DNA from: Candidatus Hydrogenedentota bacterium
GTDB taxonomy: Bacteria; Hydrogenedentota; Hydrogenedentia; Hydrogenedentales; SLHB01
Assembly (NCBI GenBank): GCA_045863335.1
Contig: BTVY01000001.1
Location: forward strand, 200,671 to 264,670
Length of the DNA stretch: 64,000 nucleotides
Direction of reading: 5' to 3'
Below the pieces are notes generated by a model. That model searched no databases and had not been told where the DNA came from. It saw only the letters and a list, made by a program, of their open reading frames with translations. The translations under genes and the position numbers were made by a program. Shown here one piece after another: positions 29,764 through 40,029 of this stretch. How positions within the stretch are numbered: position 1 is the stretch's first letter; each line of letters opens with the position of its first letter.

Positions 29764-30956
29764 ACAGAGTCCGCTAACGACATGTCGGGCTTGACGTCCT
29801 CCTTTGGGAGGTCGAACAATTCGACCATAAGATCGCTCAGGATATTCCACACCTCCTTCGCATTCGCGGTCCTGTACTCGGTGGCGATGCGACCGTAATT
29901 CAGGCTCGTAACGGCTTTCGCGAGGCCGCCAACGGTCTCGCATCTTATCGGGAGGTGAACGGCCAACGGTTTAGTGCCGATTCCCATAAGAATCCCGTAG
30001 GGAATCGCGGCGAACACCGTCAACCAGAGATTCTTATATTCGGCGTAGAGTAGCCACGCTACCGGGAAGTACCCTGCAACACACAAACCGACAACCAGGC
30101 CAGACCGGCGCAGGTTCGGAATCGTCCAGCCTAAATTGCGTCGGAGCGCTCGCCACGTGCTTCGTCGGGGGTACTCGTCCAACACGTGCGCCAGAGAAGT
30201 CTCCGGTTGAATGGGTGTCGGGTACGGATCGGTCACCTCAATGAGCGCTTTGCGGATGCGCAGAAATGCTGACGTATGTGCACAACCCGAACGCGCTACT
30301 GAGTTCGAAGTCGGCTTGTACCCGCTACGAGTAGTTTCTGGATGGAAACGCTGCCGAAGCTTGACAGCGTTAATAGAAACGAGACATTCGACCAGTTGGC
30401 CAACCGTGCGAATGCCGGGAGGAAGCCGGAAACGAAATGGTCGCGCGAACCGCGACACGAGTGCGGCAACGGGACCGAAAGTCAACGCCACAATAGCGAT
30501 CATCACAACCCAAAGAAGACGCGAAGCATCGCCGAAATACGTGATATATGCGCCAATCAACAAAACTTGCAGCGGAAATGCAATGGCAATACATATGAAC
30601 GCGACCCAGACTACTGCACCCGGCGCATCACAAAGTGACGGAAACTCGAGATCCATCGACTCTTCGAGTTTTCGCCAGATTCGACGGCGCCCGCGCCAGG
30701 GGATTAGCTGTCTCAGGGGGGTGTCCAGCGAAATGGATTTGGGATCCAGGCTGAACGTGGTGGCGAGTTGCTCACGCAACGCGAAGAACGTCGGCGGGCA
30801 AAGACATGCGGTGTCCCGTTTTTCGAGACCGAGTTTCCAGAGAATGTAGTGGTACAGCTCGCCGACGGTCCCCACCTCGCCGAGGTAGTAGTCGAACTCG
30901 ATACCGAAGCGTTCGCCGACTTCCTCATAGAGCGTACCGAGATCTTCGCTATCCAT
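29760..30956 (-). CDS. Membrane protein with internal duplication and ACP-like terminal segments
   Basis: N-term DSED...RFGIEF...TVGELYHYI; two repeats each with TM hairpin; RBS GGAGG. Confidence 0.6.
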   Translation of the reverse strand: MDSEDLGTLYEEVGERFGIEFDYYLGEVGTVGELYHYILWKLGLEKRDTACLCPPTFFALREQLATTFSLDPKSISLDTPLRQLIPWRGRRRIWRKLEESMDLEFPSLCDAPGAVVWVAFICIAIAFPLQVLLIGAYITYFGDASRLLWVVMIAIVALTFGPVAALVSRFARPFRFRLPPGIRTVGQLVECLVSINAVKLRQRFHPETTRSGYKPTSNSVARSGCAHTSAFLRIRKALIEVTDPYPTPIQPETSLAHVLDEYPRRSTWRALRRNLGWTIPNLRRSGLVVGLCVAGYFPVAWLLYAEYKNLWLTVFAAIPYGILMGIGTKPLAVHLPIRCETVGGLAKAVTSLNYGRIATEYRTANAKEVWNILSDLMVELFDLPKEDVKPDMSLADSV

Positions 30957-31208
30957 GATCCCAACGCCTCCCGAGTCTCAAACTACCAGCGGCACCCCGA
31001 GGACACCTACTCCATTATGAAACGGGCGCATTGGGGCGTCAAGGGGGGGGAATGGGACTCTTAGGCCCTATGGGACGACACGCTGCCACGACGTCCAGTG
31101 GATCGAATCATGCGACTCGAAAGCCGACTTGAAATGCAGAACCCACTCCCCGATGATCGGGTCCTGCGCATTGGGGGAATCCAAACAGCGGAAAGGATGT
31201 GACGCGGT

Positions 31209-32267
31209 ATGGCGAAGACGTTGAAAGTCGGGTTAATAGGCGTTGGCGGGATCGCGCGGCGGCATTTTCCGGGGTGGCATGAGAGCCCGCACACGGAACT
31301 GGTGGCCTTGGCCGATATCGCGCCGAACGTCTTGAAGGAGGTCGGCGAACGCGAAGGGGTCACCCGGCTCTACTCCAAGCCGGAGGACCTGATTCGCGAC
31401 AAGGACATCGACATCGTCGACATCTGCACGCCGAACATGTATCACGCGCCCTTATCGATTGCGGCATTGAACGCGGGCAAGCATGTCATTTGCGAGAAGC
31501 CGCTGGCGCCGCGGCCGGGCGACATCCGCAAGATGATCGCGGCGAGGAACAAGGCGAGAAAGCTGCTGATGACGGCGCAACATTTCCGATTCGAAGGCAC
31601 GGCGCGCGCACTGAAAGCCGAAATCGACGAGGGCATCCTCGGCAACGTGTATCACGCGCGGAGCTGGATGTTGCGGCGGTCGGGCGCGCCGACGCGACTG
31701 GGCCTGATAGAGAAGCGCCACGCGGGCGGCGGACCCTGCATCGATATCGGCACGCACATCCTCGATCTCACGCTCTGGATGATGGGAAATCCGAAACCGG
31801 TCGCCGTGTCAGGCACGACCCATGACCGCCTGCGCAAGTTGCCGGGCGCGTACAGCGATTGGGGCGACCGGATTCCCAAGTCATGGGACGTGGAGGAATG
31901 CGCGGCGGCCTTTGTGCGCTTCGAGAACGGCGCATCGCTGGTGCTGGAGGTGAGCTGGCTGTTGAACCATCCCTTCCACCCCGACGAGGACATGCAGATG
32001 TGGTTGTACGGCGACAAGGGCGGCGCGCACTGGCCGAACAACACGATCCACGTGACGAGCAACAAGACGCGGCAGCATATGGATATCACGCTGCGCAGCG
32101 CCGGGACGGGCGAAGCCCACATGCTCGAATGCATGGCCTTCGCGGAGGCTGTGGCAAAGGGCAAGCCATCGCCCGTGCCCGCGGAAGAGTCGTTGCAGGT
32201 GATCACGATCCTGGACGCGATCTACCAGAGCGCAAGGAAAGGGCGCGAAGTGGTGTTGAAGGGGTAG
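31209..32267 (+). CDS. Cytoplasmic Gfo/Idh/MocA oxidoreductase
   Basis: IGVGGIA; CTPN; CEKP; GGGPCIDIGTH. Confidence 0.92.
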   Translation: MAKTLKVGLIGVGGIARRHFPGWHESPHTELVALADIAPNVLKEVGEREGVTRLYSKPEDLIRDKDIDIVDICTPNMYHAPLSIAALNAGKHVICEKPLAPRPGDIRKMIAARNKARKLLMTAQHFRFEGTARALKAEIDEGILGNVYHARSWMLRRSGAPTRLGLIEKRHAGGGPCIDIGTHILDLTLWMMGNPKPVAVSGTTHDRLRKLPGAYSDWGDRIPKSWDVEECAAAFVRFENGASLVLEVSWLLNHPFHPDEDMQMWLYGDKGGAHWPNNTIHVTSNKTRQHMDITLRSAGTGEAHMLECMAFAEAVAKGKPSPVPAEESLQVITILDAIYQSARKGREVVLKG

Positions 32268-32270
32268 AGA

Positions 32271-32474
32271 ATAGGACCTATAGGACGGATAGGACCTATA
32301 GGACCGGAAGGGCGGCGGGCACGGCAGCGATCCAACACCACGACGATATTCTGTGTTGGCGTGAATCATCAGGGGAATCGGAGCAATCTATCGCGCTGAC
32401 AACTCCGGCCGCCGCATATCCAATCGATCGCGCCAGCTCGTCCTATTGGTCCTATAGGTCCCATACGACCTATT
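32271..32474. repeat. Pair of inverted 9-bp tandem arrays (ATAGGACNN)
   Basis: 4 units at 32271-32306; 4 units in opposite orientation at ~32438-32474. Confidence 0.85.
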
Positions 32475-32516
32475 CCCCATCGCACCTCCCCACGCGTCCG
32501 TGCTATGATCCGCGCC

Positions 32517-33335
32517 ATGCACAAAAAACCTCCACTCACCATTGAATCGACGACCTTGTGGGACTACCCCTCGCAGCACTATGGCGAGACCATGCAGGGG
32601 GACCAGGCCTACATCGGCGCGACGCCTTCGCATGTCATCTGGAACCTGCTGCAGCGGTACACGCGGGAAAAGGACCTCGTGGTCGACCCCATGTGCGGCA
32701 GCGGAACCACGCTGGATGTGGCGCGGGACCTGAACCGGCGCGCCCTGGGCTACGACCTCGCGCCGTTCCGGGAGGACATCTTCCGGGCCGACGCGCGCAA
32801 GCTCCCGCTGGAGGACGAGAAGGCGGACTTCGTCTTCGTCGATCCCCCCTACTCCACGCATCTGGAGTATTCGGACGACCCGGCCTGCATCGGAAAACTC
32901 GACGCGGCCACCGGCGAGTATTACGAAGCCATGCGCGACGTGATTCGCGAGATTCACCGCATCCTCCGGCCCCGCCGCTACATGGGGCTCTACGTGAGCG
33001 ATTCCTGGAAGAAGAAGCAGCCGTTTCAGCCCATCGGCTTCCGCCTGTTCGCCATGCTGGAGCAATATTTCGAACCAGTCGACGTCGTGTGCGTCGTGCG
33101 GCATAACCGCACCATGAAGCGGCGTCACTGGCACGCGGAGGCCGTCAAGGGGAACTACTTCCTGCGCGGGTTCAACTACCTCTTCATCATGAAAAAGGGC
33201 GAACGCAAACCGGCAAGGCAGGAGCGATCCATCCCCAAACCCAAGCGCCCGGACAAGCCCAAGGGCTGGGCCAAGGCAAAGCCAAAGACACGGCCCACCC
33301 GGCCCAAGCGAAACAATCGGGACAGGGCAAAGTAG
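32517..33335 (+). CDS. Orphan N4/N6-type SAM-dependent methyltransferase
   Basis: Motif I DPMCGSGTT, motif IV DPPY; Lys/Pro-rich basic tail. Confidence 0.8.
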   Translation: MHKKPPLTIESTTLWDYPSQHYGETMQGDQAYIGATPSHVIWNLLQRYTREKDLVVDPMCGSGTTLDVARDLNRRALGYDLAPFREDIFRADARKLPLEDEKADFVFVDPPYSTHLEYSDDPACIGKLDAATGEYYEAMRDVIREIHRILRPRRYMGLYVSDSWKKKQPFQPIGFRLFAMLEQYFEPVDVVCVVRHNRTMKRRHWHAEAVKGNYFLRGFNYLFIMKKGERKPARQERSIPKPKRPDKPKGWAKAKPKTRPTRPKRNNRDRAK

Positions 33336-33350
33336 CAGAGCACACGGAGC

Positions 33351-34094
33351 CTACTCGTCTTCCTTGAGTTCCACGCGGAGGATGTTGAACTCGAGACCCT
33401 TCATGGGCGATCCGGCATTGTGGAAGACCAGCCCCCGGTACTTGTAATACGACATGGCATCGTGGGTGTGACCGAAATACACGTGGCGGGTGCCGTTCAG
33501 CGCGCCGAGCCCCACGTTCTCCAGGTAGGCGATCACGCGCCGCGCGACGAGTTTCTTGGGATAACGGACCGCCTGCGCGCCGCGGTGCAGGCCCATGTGC
33601 AACGCCCAGTCGTAGAGGTGATGCAGGATGGGGTGCCGGATCTTTTCGTCGTAGCGCCACTCGTCGCGCGCGTGCTCCAACTTGTCGGCGTCCATCTTCC
33701 GGTCAGAAACATCGCCGTGAAGAAAAACACTATCTCCCAGCTTGAGGTAGTACGGGTGCCAGGACAGGTTTTCCGTGACGGCGGCGAGTTCGGACAACGC
33801 TTCCACAAAAACCTGCAGGTTGTCGTGGTTCCCGACGACAAAATGAAAATGGCACGAGGGAAACTTTCCCGCCAAATCCCGCAACCACGCGATGGACGCA
33901 TCGACCGTGTCCGCCACGGACCGCAGCGTGGTCCATCGGAAGTCGAAGGTATCTCCGTTCAAGATAAACACATCCGCTTCTTCGGCGGCGCGGTAGATAT
34001 CATCGAGGTGATCGATCCATTGGGACCGCTTCGAGAACATATGTAGATCGGATACGACGTAACCGATTCGCTTTGCAGTAGACACGTACAGCAT
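33351..34094 (-). CDS. Calcineurin-like metallophosphoesterase (LpxH-like)
   Basis: SDLH, NGD, GNHD, HGD, GHTH. Confidence 0.85.
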   Translation of the reverse strand: MLYVSTAKRIGYVVSDLHMFSKRSQWIDHLDDIYRAAEEADVFILNGDTFDFRWTTLRSVADTVDASIAWLRDLAGKFPSCHFHFVVGNHDNLQVFVEALSELAAVTENLSWHPYYLKLGDSVFLHGDVSDRKMDADKLEHARDEWRYDEKIRHPILHHLYDWALHMGLHRGAQAVRYPKKLVARRVIAYLENVGLGALNGTRHVYFGHTHDAMSYYKYRGLVFHNAGSPMKGLEFNILRVELKEDE

Positions 34095-34249
34095 TCCTTT
34101 TCCATGGAAAACGCGTCTCCATGGCGTTTGGTTCGATCATACCGCGCGATAAAGCGTCTGGCAAGCGGAGGATATTGCGCTGGCCCGCCCGCGCCCCCTA
34201 CACTAACTCCAGCCATGAGCCGCATGGGACTGCTTGGGGATCCAAATCG

Positions 34250-35026
34250 ATGAGAAAGATTTCGTTCGTTTATTGGGCCGTTATATTGACGGCTACAGTG
34301 CTGCTTACCGGGTGTGCCCACCAGCAAAACACCTTGTTCCAGGTATCCACCATCGACGCGCTCCTCGCCGGCGTCTACGACGGCGACTATCCCGCCCGCC
34401 AACTTGCGAAGAAAGGTACCCTGGGTCTCGGGACCTTCAACGCGCTGGACGGCGAGATGATCGTCCTCGACGGGGCTGTGTATCAGGTGCGCGCCGACGG
34501 CGCCATCGTTCGGGTAAGCCCGGATGACAAGACGCCCTTCGCCACGGTGGTGCATTTTCGGAGCGATTCCGAGATTGTGGTTCCAAGCGGCACAGACTTC
34601 GCCGGGCTTGAAGCGTGTATCGATGCCGCAATCCCGAGTCCAAACCTCTACTACGCCATCCGCGCGCAGGGCACCTTCCCGATGATGAAGACGCGCAGCG
34701 TGCCGCGGCAGTCGCCCCCGTACCGGAGGCTCGCGGAAGTCGTGGAGGACCAGGCCGTGTTCGAGGCGACGAACGTGCGCGGGACGCTCATCGGCTTCCG
34801 GTGCCCGCCGTTCACCGCGGGCGTCAACGTGCCCGGCTACCATCTCCACTTTCTCAGCGACGACAAGACGTTCGGGGGGCATGTCCTCGCATTTACTTCA
34901 GGGGAACTGACCGTCCAGGTCGACTCGATCCACGATGTGGAGATGCTGCTTCCAAATGACCTCGCGTTCTTAGGTGCGGACCTTTCCGAGCACAAGCCGG
35001 CGGAGCTGGAGAAGGTGGAAAAGTAG
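34250..35026 (+). CDS. budA: Acetolactate decarboxylase with lipoprotein signal
   Basis: GLGTFNALDGE, TRSVP, GYHLHF...GGH; lipobox LLTGC. Confidence 0.9.
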   Translation: MRKISFVYWAVILTATVLLTGCAHQQNTLFQVSTIDALLAGVYDGDYPARQLAKKGTLGLGTFNALDGEMIVLDGAVYQVRADGAIVRVSPDDKTPFATVVHFRSDSEIVVPSGTDFAGLEACIDAAIPSPNLYYAIRAQGTFPMMKTRSVPRQSPPYRRLAEVVEDQAVFEATNVRGTLIGFRCPPFTAGVNVPGYHLHFLSDDKTFGGHVLAFTSGELTVQVDSIHDVEMLLPNDLAFLGADLSEHKPAELEKVEK

Positions 35027-35129
35027 CGGTTCTGGCCGCACTCGGGGATAATGTCCACCACCGGACAAAAGATTCTGGCGTTTCTTGGGAGAACCTGCTA
35101 GAGTATGCGGAGAGTGTGAAACATTCGTA

Positions 35130-35777
35130 ATGATCGAAATTGAACGGAAGATGCAAGCAATCCTTTGCGGACATATACAAAAGGGTAATCGGGGGTACGT
35201 CCGAAGCGGCAAGAACCGCGTTTCGGCGGAAATCCTGGATGTGCGGGACGGCATCATCCGGCTCCACTGCGATTCTCCATCCGGATTGCGCGACGGTGCT
35301 GGCGTGATGCTGGAATTCGGGTGCGAAGACCCTGCGGGAGTAGCCGGGTACTATGCGCGGGTATTGACCGCGTCCCCCGAGGCCGTCCACGAACTGGTCC
35401 TGCTGCGTGCGGCCAGCCTCAACCGGGAAGAGCTTCGCGCAAATCTGCGCGTGCCCACGGATATCGCCCTCACCATTCAGTCCAACGGTCTGCCCGACGC
35501 GGTGACGGGCCGCCTGCTGAACATCAGCGCGGGCGGCGCGTACCTGGAAACGGCAGCCCCTCTCAGCCGGAACGGGCGATCGCGCGTTACGCTTCGCATG
35601 ACCGAGGAACCCTCCCTGGTGGTTCACGGCGAAATCATTCACGCCGGTGAATCGGAAGCAGACTCCGGCTTACACCGGTGCGGCGTCCGGTTCTCCAACG
35701 TGGAACCCGAAAACGCGCGCGCGATTTCCTGGTACGTGTGGACCCGCGTACGAGCATTCTTCCAGGAACACGGGTAG
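35130..35777 (+). CDS. PilZ-domain c-di-GMP-binding protein
   Basis: RxxxR (RANLR) and NISAGG. Confidence 0.8.
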   Translation: MIEIERKMQAILCGHIQKGNRGYVRSGKNRVSAEILDVRDGIIRLHCDSPSGLRDGAGVMLEFGCEDPAGVAGYYARVLTASPEAVHELVLLRAASLNREELRANLRVPTDIALTIQSNGLPDAVTGRLLNISAGGAYLETAAPLSRNGRSRVTLRMTEEPSLVVHGEIIHAGESEADSGLHRCGVRFSNVEPENARAISWYVWTRVRAFFQEHG

Positions 35778-35793
35778 TCCCCCTGCGCTGACC

Positions 35794-36912
35794 ATGGGGA
35801 CACCGAGTACCGCAGAACTTCCCCTCCTTTCCCGTTACCCTGGCTTGCGAAACAGAATCCCGCATGTATCGCTGGGCCAATTCCCCACCCCCATCACCCC
35901 ATGCAACCAACTCGAATCGCAACTCGATCTGGGCGCGTTGCACATCAAACGCGACGACCTCAGCGGCGAGGTGTATGGCGGGAACAAGGTTCGAAAGCTG
36001 GAGTTCCTGCTCGGCAAAGCGCTGCAGGACGGCGTGAAGGAAGTTCTGACCTTCGGCTTCACGGGATCCAACCACGCGCTCGCGACGGCCATCTACGCGC
36101 AGAAGGTGGGATTGCGCAGCATCTCCATGTTTTTGCCCCAACCGAACTCACGGTCGCTGCGGAGGAATCTGCTGCTCGGTTATCACAACGGCGCCGAACT
36201 GCACGAGTATCCCAACCGGCGCGCGCTGACCGTTGGAACAGTGTATCAATCGATACGCCACTGGGCGCGGACCGGGCGCAGGCCGATGATCATCCCGCCG
36301 GGCGGCTCTTCGCCACTGGGCATCGTGGGAATCGTCAACGCCGCTTTCGAGTTGGCGGATCAGGTCAAGGCGGGGACGATGACTGAACCCGATCTCATTT
36401 ATGTCGCCGTGGGCAGCATGGGAACCGCGGTCGGTCTGCGAATCGGTTTGGAAGCCGCCGGATTGCGCTCGGAGGTGATCCCAATACGGGTAATCGATCG
36501 TGAGCTGGCGAACCCGTCCCGCATGCGTACGCTCGCGCGCGATACAGTGGCGTATCTCCGTTCCTGCGACCCCAGCTTTCCGACATGCGAAGGCGCCCTT
36601 TCCGAATACACGCTCCGGGAGGAATTCTTCGGAACCCGATATGCCCTGTACACCGAAGAAGGCATGGAAGCCATCCGCCTGCTGCGGGAAGCGGAGGATA
36701 TCGGCCTCGACGGCACGTATTCCGGGAAGGCCTTCGCCGCGCTGGTGGACGATGCGAAGAAGGGAATGCTCAACGGGAAGACGGTGCTCTTCTGGGACAC
36801 CTTCAACTCGCGCGATCCCTGGAGTGCCCTGGGCGAATTGGATTACACCAACCTGCCCAAAAAGTTCCACTGCTACTTTGAGGAGCCGGTACAGCCGCTC
36901 GACGCAACGTAG
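35794..36912 (+). CDS. D-cysteine desulfhydrase/ACC deaminase family PLP enzyme
   Basis: KRDD, GGNKVRKLEF, SNH, GSMGT, YSGK. Confidence 0.88.
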   Translation: MGTPSTAELPLLSRYPGLRNRIPHVSLGQFPTPITPCNQLESQLDLGALHIKRDDLSGEVYGGNKVRKLEFLLGKALQDGVKEVLTFGFTGSNHALATAIYAQKVGLRSISMFLPQPNSRSLRRNLLLGYHNGAELHEYPNRRALTVGTVYQSIRHWARTGRRPMIIPPGGSSPLGIVGIVNAAFELADQVKAGTMTEPDLIYVAVGSMGTAVGLRIGLEAAGLRSEVIPIRVIDRELANPSRMRTLARDTVAYLRSCDPSFPTCEGALSEYTLREEFFGTRYALYTEEGMEAIRLLREAEDIGLDGTYSGKAFAALVDDAKKGMLNGKTVLFWDTFNSRDPWSALGELDYTNLPKKFHCYFEEPVQPLDAT

Positions 36913-36938
36913 CTACCGATATCGAAGGAGGACCCTCG

Positions 36939-37376
36939 ATGCCACGGCAGACGCAGAATTACGCCAATCATCGCAGCCACGACAAAAGCTTGTACATCAT
37001 CACGCTCGTGCTCATCATCGCGGCGCTGCTGTCTATTTCCGCTGCATACCTCGATTTGCCCATGCTATCCGCCGCGGCGGCCATATTGATCGTGATCGCC
37101 GTCGTGGGCATTATGTTTCGCATGCGCGCGTACGCGGTGCGCGTGCAGGATCGGGTGATCCGGCTGGAAATGCGGCTGCGGCTGGAGCGCGTTCTGCCGG
37201 ATGAGTTGGTATCCAGGATTCCGGCGCTCAAACTGTCGCAACTGGTGGGCCTTCGATTTGCCTCCGACGCCGAGTTGCCCGCTCTCGTTCAAAAAGTTCT
37301 CGACGGTAACATCACAAACGCGGACGACATCAAGAAGCTCGTGAAGGACTGGCAGGCGGATCACCTGCGCGTCTGA
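36939..37376 (+). CDS. DUF6526-like membrane protein
   Basis: QNYANH, QDRVIRLEMRLR, LRFASD, DWQADHLRV; RBS AAGGAGG. Confidence 0.75.
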   Translation: MPRQTQNYANHRSHDKSLYIITLVLIIAALLSISAAYLDLPMLSAAAAILIVIAVVGIMFRMRAYAVRVQDRVIRLEMRLRLERVLPDELVSRIPALKLSQLVGLRFASDAELPALVQKVLDGNITNADDIKKLVKDWQADHLRV

Positions 37377-37410
37377 TCGGGATGCCCGCTCCGCGCAGGG
37401 AGTACTGAAC

Positions 37411-38922
37411 ATGTCACGATTGCTACGCGGAGCGATCTCCAGTTTCTTTCTCCTAACCCTGTTCGCGAACGCGCAGGAAACCACCGCCCAGCGGGTCCTG
37501 ATGATCGTGCTGGACGGTTGCCGGCCGGACTACGTAACGCCGGAGGTCATGCCCAATCTCTACGCGCTGGGGCAACGCGGCGTCGTCTGTACGAACAACC
37601 ATGCCGTATATCCGACCGTCACCCGCGTCAACTCCACGTCCTTCGCGACTGGGTGCTATCCCGGCAAACACGGGCTGATGGGCAATACCGTGTATTTCTC
37701 CGAAGTCGACCGGGATAAGGCGTTCAGCACCGGGAACGCGGCAAACCTTATGCTCATTTCCGATTCGATCGAAGGCGATTTGGTCACGCGTCCCTCCATC
37801 GGCGAAGTGCTCGATAGCCACGGGAAGAAACATCTCGCCGTGAGTTCAGGCTCCTCAGGCTCGGCTTTCCTGCTGAACCACAAAGCAAAGGGCGGTGGAC
37901 TGATCAACGTCGATCTTGTCCTGCCGGAGACGTTGCGCGCGACGGTCGAAGACGTGGTCGGCCCCGTACCCGAAGAGGCGTACCCGAATGCCGCGCGCAA
38001 CCACTGGGTCGTGGACGCATACCTGAAGCTGGGGCTGGATGAGATCCAACCGGACGTGACGTACATGTGGCTCTCCGATCCGGACCATACCGGGCACCAG
38101 ATGGGTATCGGGAATCCCATTACCGTCGAGGCATTGAAAGCCGTGGATGGCGAGCTTGGCCGTATTCTGGAGGCACTCAACGCGAAAGGTCTGGCCGACT
38201 CGACCAACGTGATCGTGACTTCCGATCACGGATTCTCGACCCAGACGGGTGAGGCCCAACTCGCGCCATTCCTTGTGCAGAAAGGGTTGAAAGGAAGTCT
38301 CAGTTCCTCGGACGTCATGGTCGTGGACGGCTGCATCTACGTGGACAAACACGATCCCGAGCGCATCCGCGAAATCGTGGAAGCGTTGCAGGCGACGCCT
38401 TGGGTTGGCGCCATCTTCACCCCCGCGAAGCAACCGGGAAGCGACGAAGGCGTCGTGCCCGGCACACTCTCCTTCGAAGTGGCCCGGTTCAATCACGAGC
38501 GCGCACCGGATATCCTTGTCGACGCGGCCTGGTCGGACGCAGCCAACGAATCCGGTTGGAAAGGTACGACGGCCTTGCCCGGCACGGCGGGACACGGCAC
38601 GTCGAGTCCTTTCGACATTCACAATACGCTGATCGCCGCGGGCCCGGCCTTCAAAGAGGGATTTGTGAACGATCTGCCGACGGGTAACGTGGACATGATG
38701 CCGACGATTTGCACGCTCGCCGGCGTTCCCGTTCCAGACGGCGTGGATGGCCGCGTATTGAACGAGATTTTCCGCAGCGATACAGCCGGCGCACCCGAAG
38801 TGGAAACGTCGACGCGTGAAGCCGCCACGATGCCTTCGGGATATCAGACGAAGGCACTCGTCTCGCGTATAGCCGGGCACTCCTATCTCGACTACACGAA
38901 AACCACGACGGGCGCGGAGTAA
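37411..38922 (+). CDS. Secreted alkaline phosphatase superfamily (NPP/phosphodiesterase) protein
   Basis: DGCRPD, PTVT nucleophile region, DPDHTGH, TSDHG, GHG. Confidence 0.88.
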   Translation: MSRLLRGAISSFFLLTLFANAQETTAQRVLMIVLDGCRPDYVTPEVMPNLYALGQRGVVCTNNHAVYPTVTRVNSTSFATGCYPGKHGLMGNTVYFSEVDRDKAFSTGNAANLMLISDSIEGDLVTRPSIGEVLDSHGKKHLAVSSGSSGSAFLLNHKAKGGGLINVDLVLPETLRATVEDVVGPVPEEAYPNAARNHWVVDAYLKLGLDEIQPDVTYMWLSDPDHTGHQMGIGNPITVEALKAVDGELGRILEALNAKGLADSTNVIVTSDHGFSTQTGEAQLAPFLVQKGLKGSLSSSDVMVVDGCIYVDKHDPERIREIVEALQATPWVGAIFTPAKQPGSDEGVVPGTLSFEVARFNHERAPDILVDAAWSDAANESGWKGTTALPGTAGHGTSSPFDIHNTLIAAGPAFKEGFVNDLPTGNVDMMPTICTLAGVPVPDGVDGRVLNEIFRSDTAGAPEVETSTREAATMPSGYQTKALVSRIAGHSYLDYTKTTTGAE

Positions 38923-38924
38923 TT

Positions 38925-39983
38925 ATGAGTCAAGCATCCACATGGATGATCTACGGCGCCAACGGCTATACCGGAAAACTCTGCGTTCGCGAATGCGTCC
39001 GCCGCGGCATTCGTCCTGTGCTGGCCGGCCGCAATCGCAAAGCGATCGAGGCGCTCGCGCGCGAATACGATCTCGAATCGCGGATCTTCGGTTTGGACGA
39101 TGCAAAGGCGGCCAATCGTCTCGACGACATGGCCGCCGTACTCCACTGCGCGGGACCGTTCTCCGCTACGGCCCGGCCGATGCTCGACCTCTGTACGCGC
39201 AGCAAGACGCATTATCTGGACATCACGGGGGAGATCGACGTATTTGAGTTCGTCCATCAGAGCGCGAACCGGTGGATCGACGCCGGAATGGTCGCCATGC
39301 CGGGCGTCGGGTTTGACGTCGTTCCCTCCGATTGCCTTGCCGCCATGTTGAAACGGGAACTGCCCGACGCAACGCACCTGACGCTTGCGTTTCAGTCCAA
39401 GGGTGGAAAGATGAGTCCCGGCACCACCAAGACGATGATCGAAGGCTTGCCGCGCGGGTGCAGGGTCCGGCGCGATGGACAATTGGTTAGCGTGCCTTCC
39501 GGCAGCCTGACGCGCGCGATTCCTTTCCGCGATCGACCGCATACAGCGGTGGCAATTCCGTGGGGTGACGTCTCGACCGCCTACTACTCGACGGGCATCC
39601 CGAACATCGAGGTCTACGCCGGTATCCCGGAGAAACAGATCGCGTGGATGCGCCGCCTCAACAAGCTGGGACCGATCCTGGGACTGGGATTCGTTCAGGA
39701 CTTCCTGAAACGCCGGGTGGAGAAATCTGTTTCCGGCCCGACCGACGACGAACGCGCCTCGGACGAAGTGATCCTCTGGGGTGAAGCGCGCGACGGTTCA
39801 GGCAATACCCGCACCATGCGCATGCGCACGCCCGAGGGATATGCTTTGACCGCTGAAGCCGCGGTGACCGCTGCGGAGCGGGTGGCGAGTGGCGCAGTGC
39901 CGCCGGGCGCGCACACCCCGTCGGCTGCTTTCGGCGCGGACTTCGTATTGTCCTTGACGGGCGTCAACTGCGATCGGGCGTAG
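38925..39983 (+). CDS. Saccharopine dehydrogenase-like oxidoreductase
   Basis: YGANGYTG, CAGPF, YLDITGE, GFDVVPSD. Confidence 0.88.
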   Translation: MSQASTWMIYGANGYTGKLCVRECVRRGIRPVLAGRNRKAIEALAREYDLESRIFGLDDAKAANRLDDMAAVLHCAGPFSATARPMLDLCTRSKTHYLDITGEIDVFEFVHQSANRWIDAGMVAMPGVGFDVVPSDCLAAMLKRELPDATHLTLAFQSKGGKMSPGTTKTMIEGLPRGCRVRRDGQLVSVPSGSLTRAIPFRDRPHTAVAIPWGDVSTAYYSTGIPNIEVYAGIPEKQIAWMRRLNKLGPILGLGFVQDFLKRRVEKSVSGPTDDERASDEVILWGEARDGSGNTRTMRMRTPEGYALTAEAAVTAAERVASGAVPPGAHTPSAAFGADFVLSLTGVNCDRA

Positions 39984-40029
39984 TCATAAACGATTCTCTC
40001 TTCAGACTTACCTGGAAAGGTGTTCTTGA

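Noticed and set aside
32271-32474. Short repeat arrays as CRISPR
   Set aside because: Units are 6-9 bp and contiguous, with no unique spacers and no cas genes.
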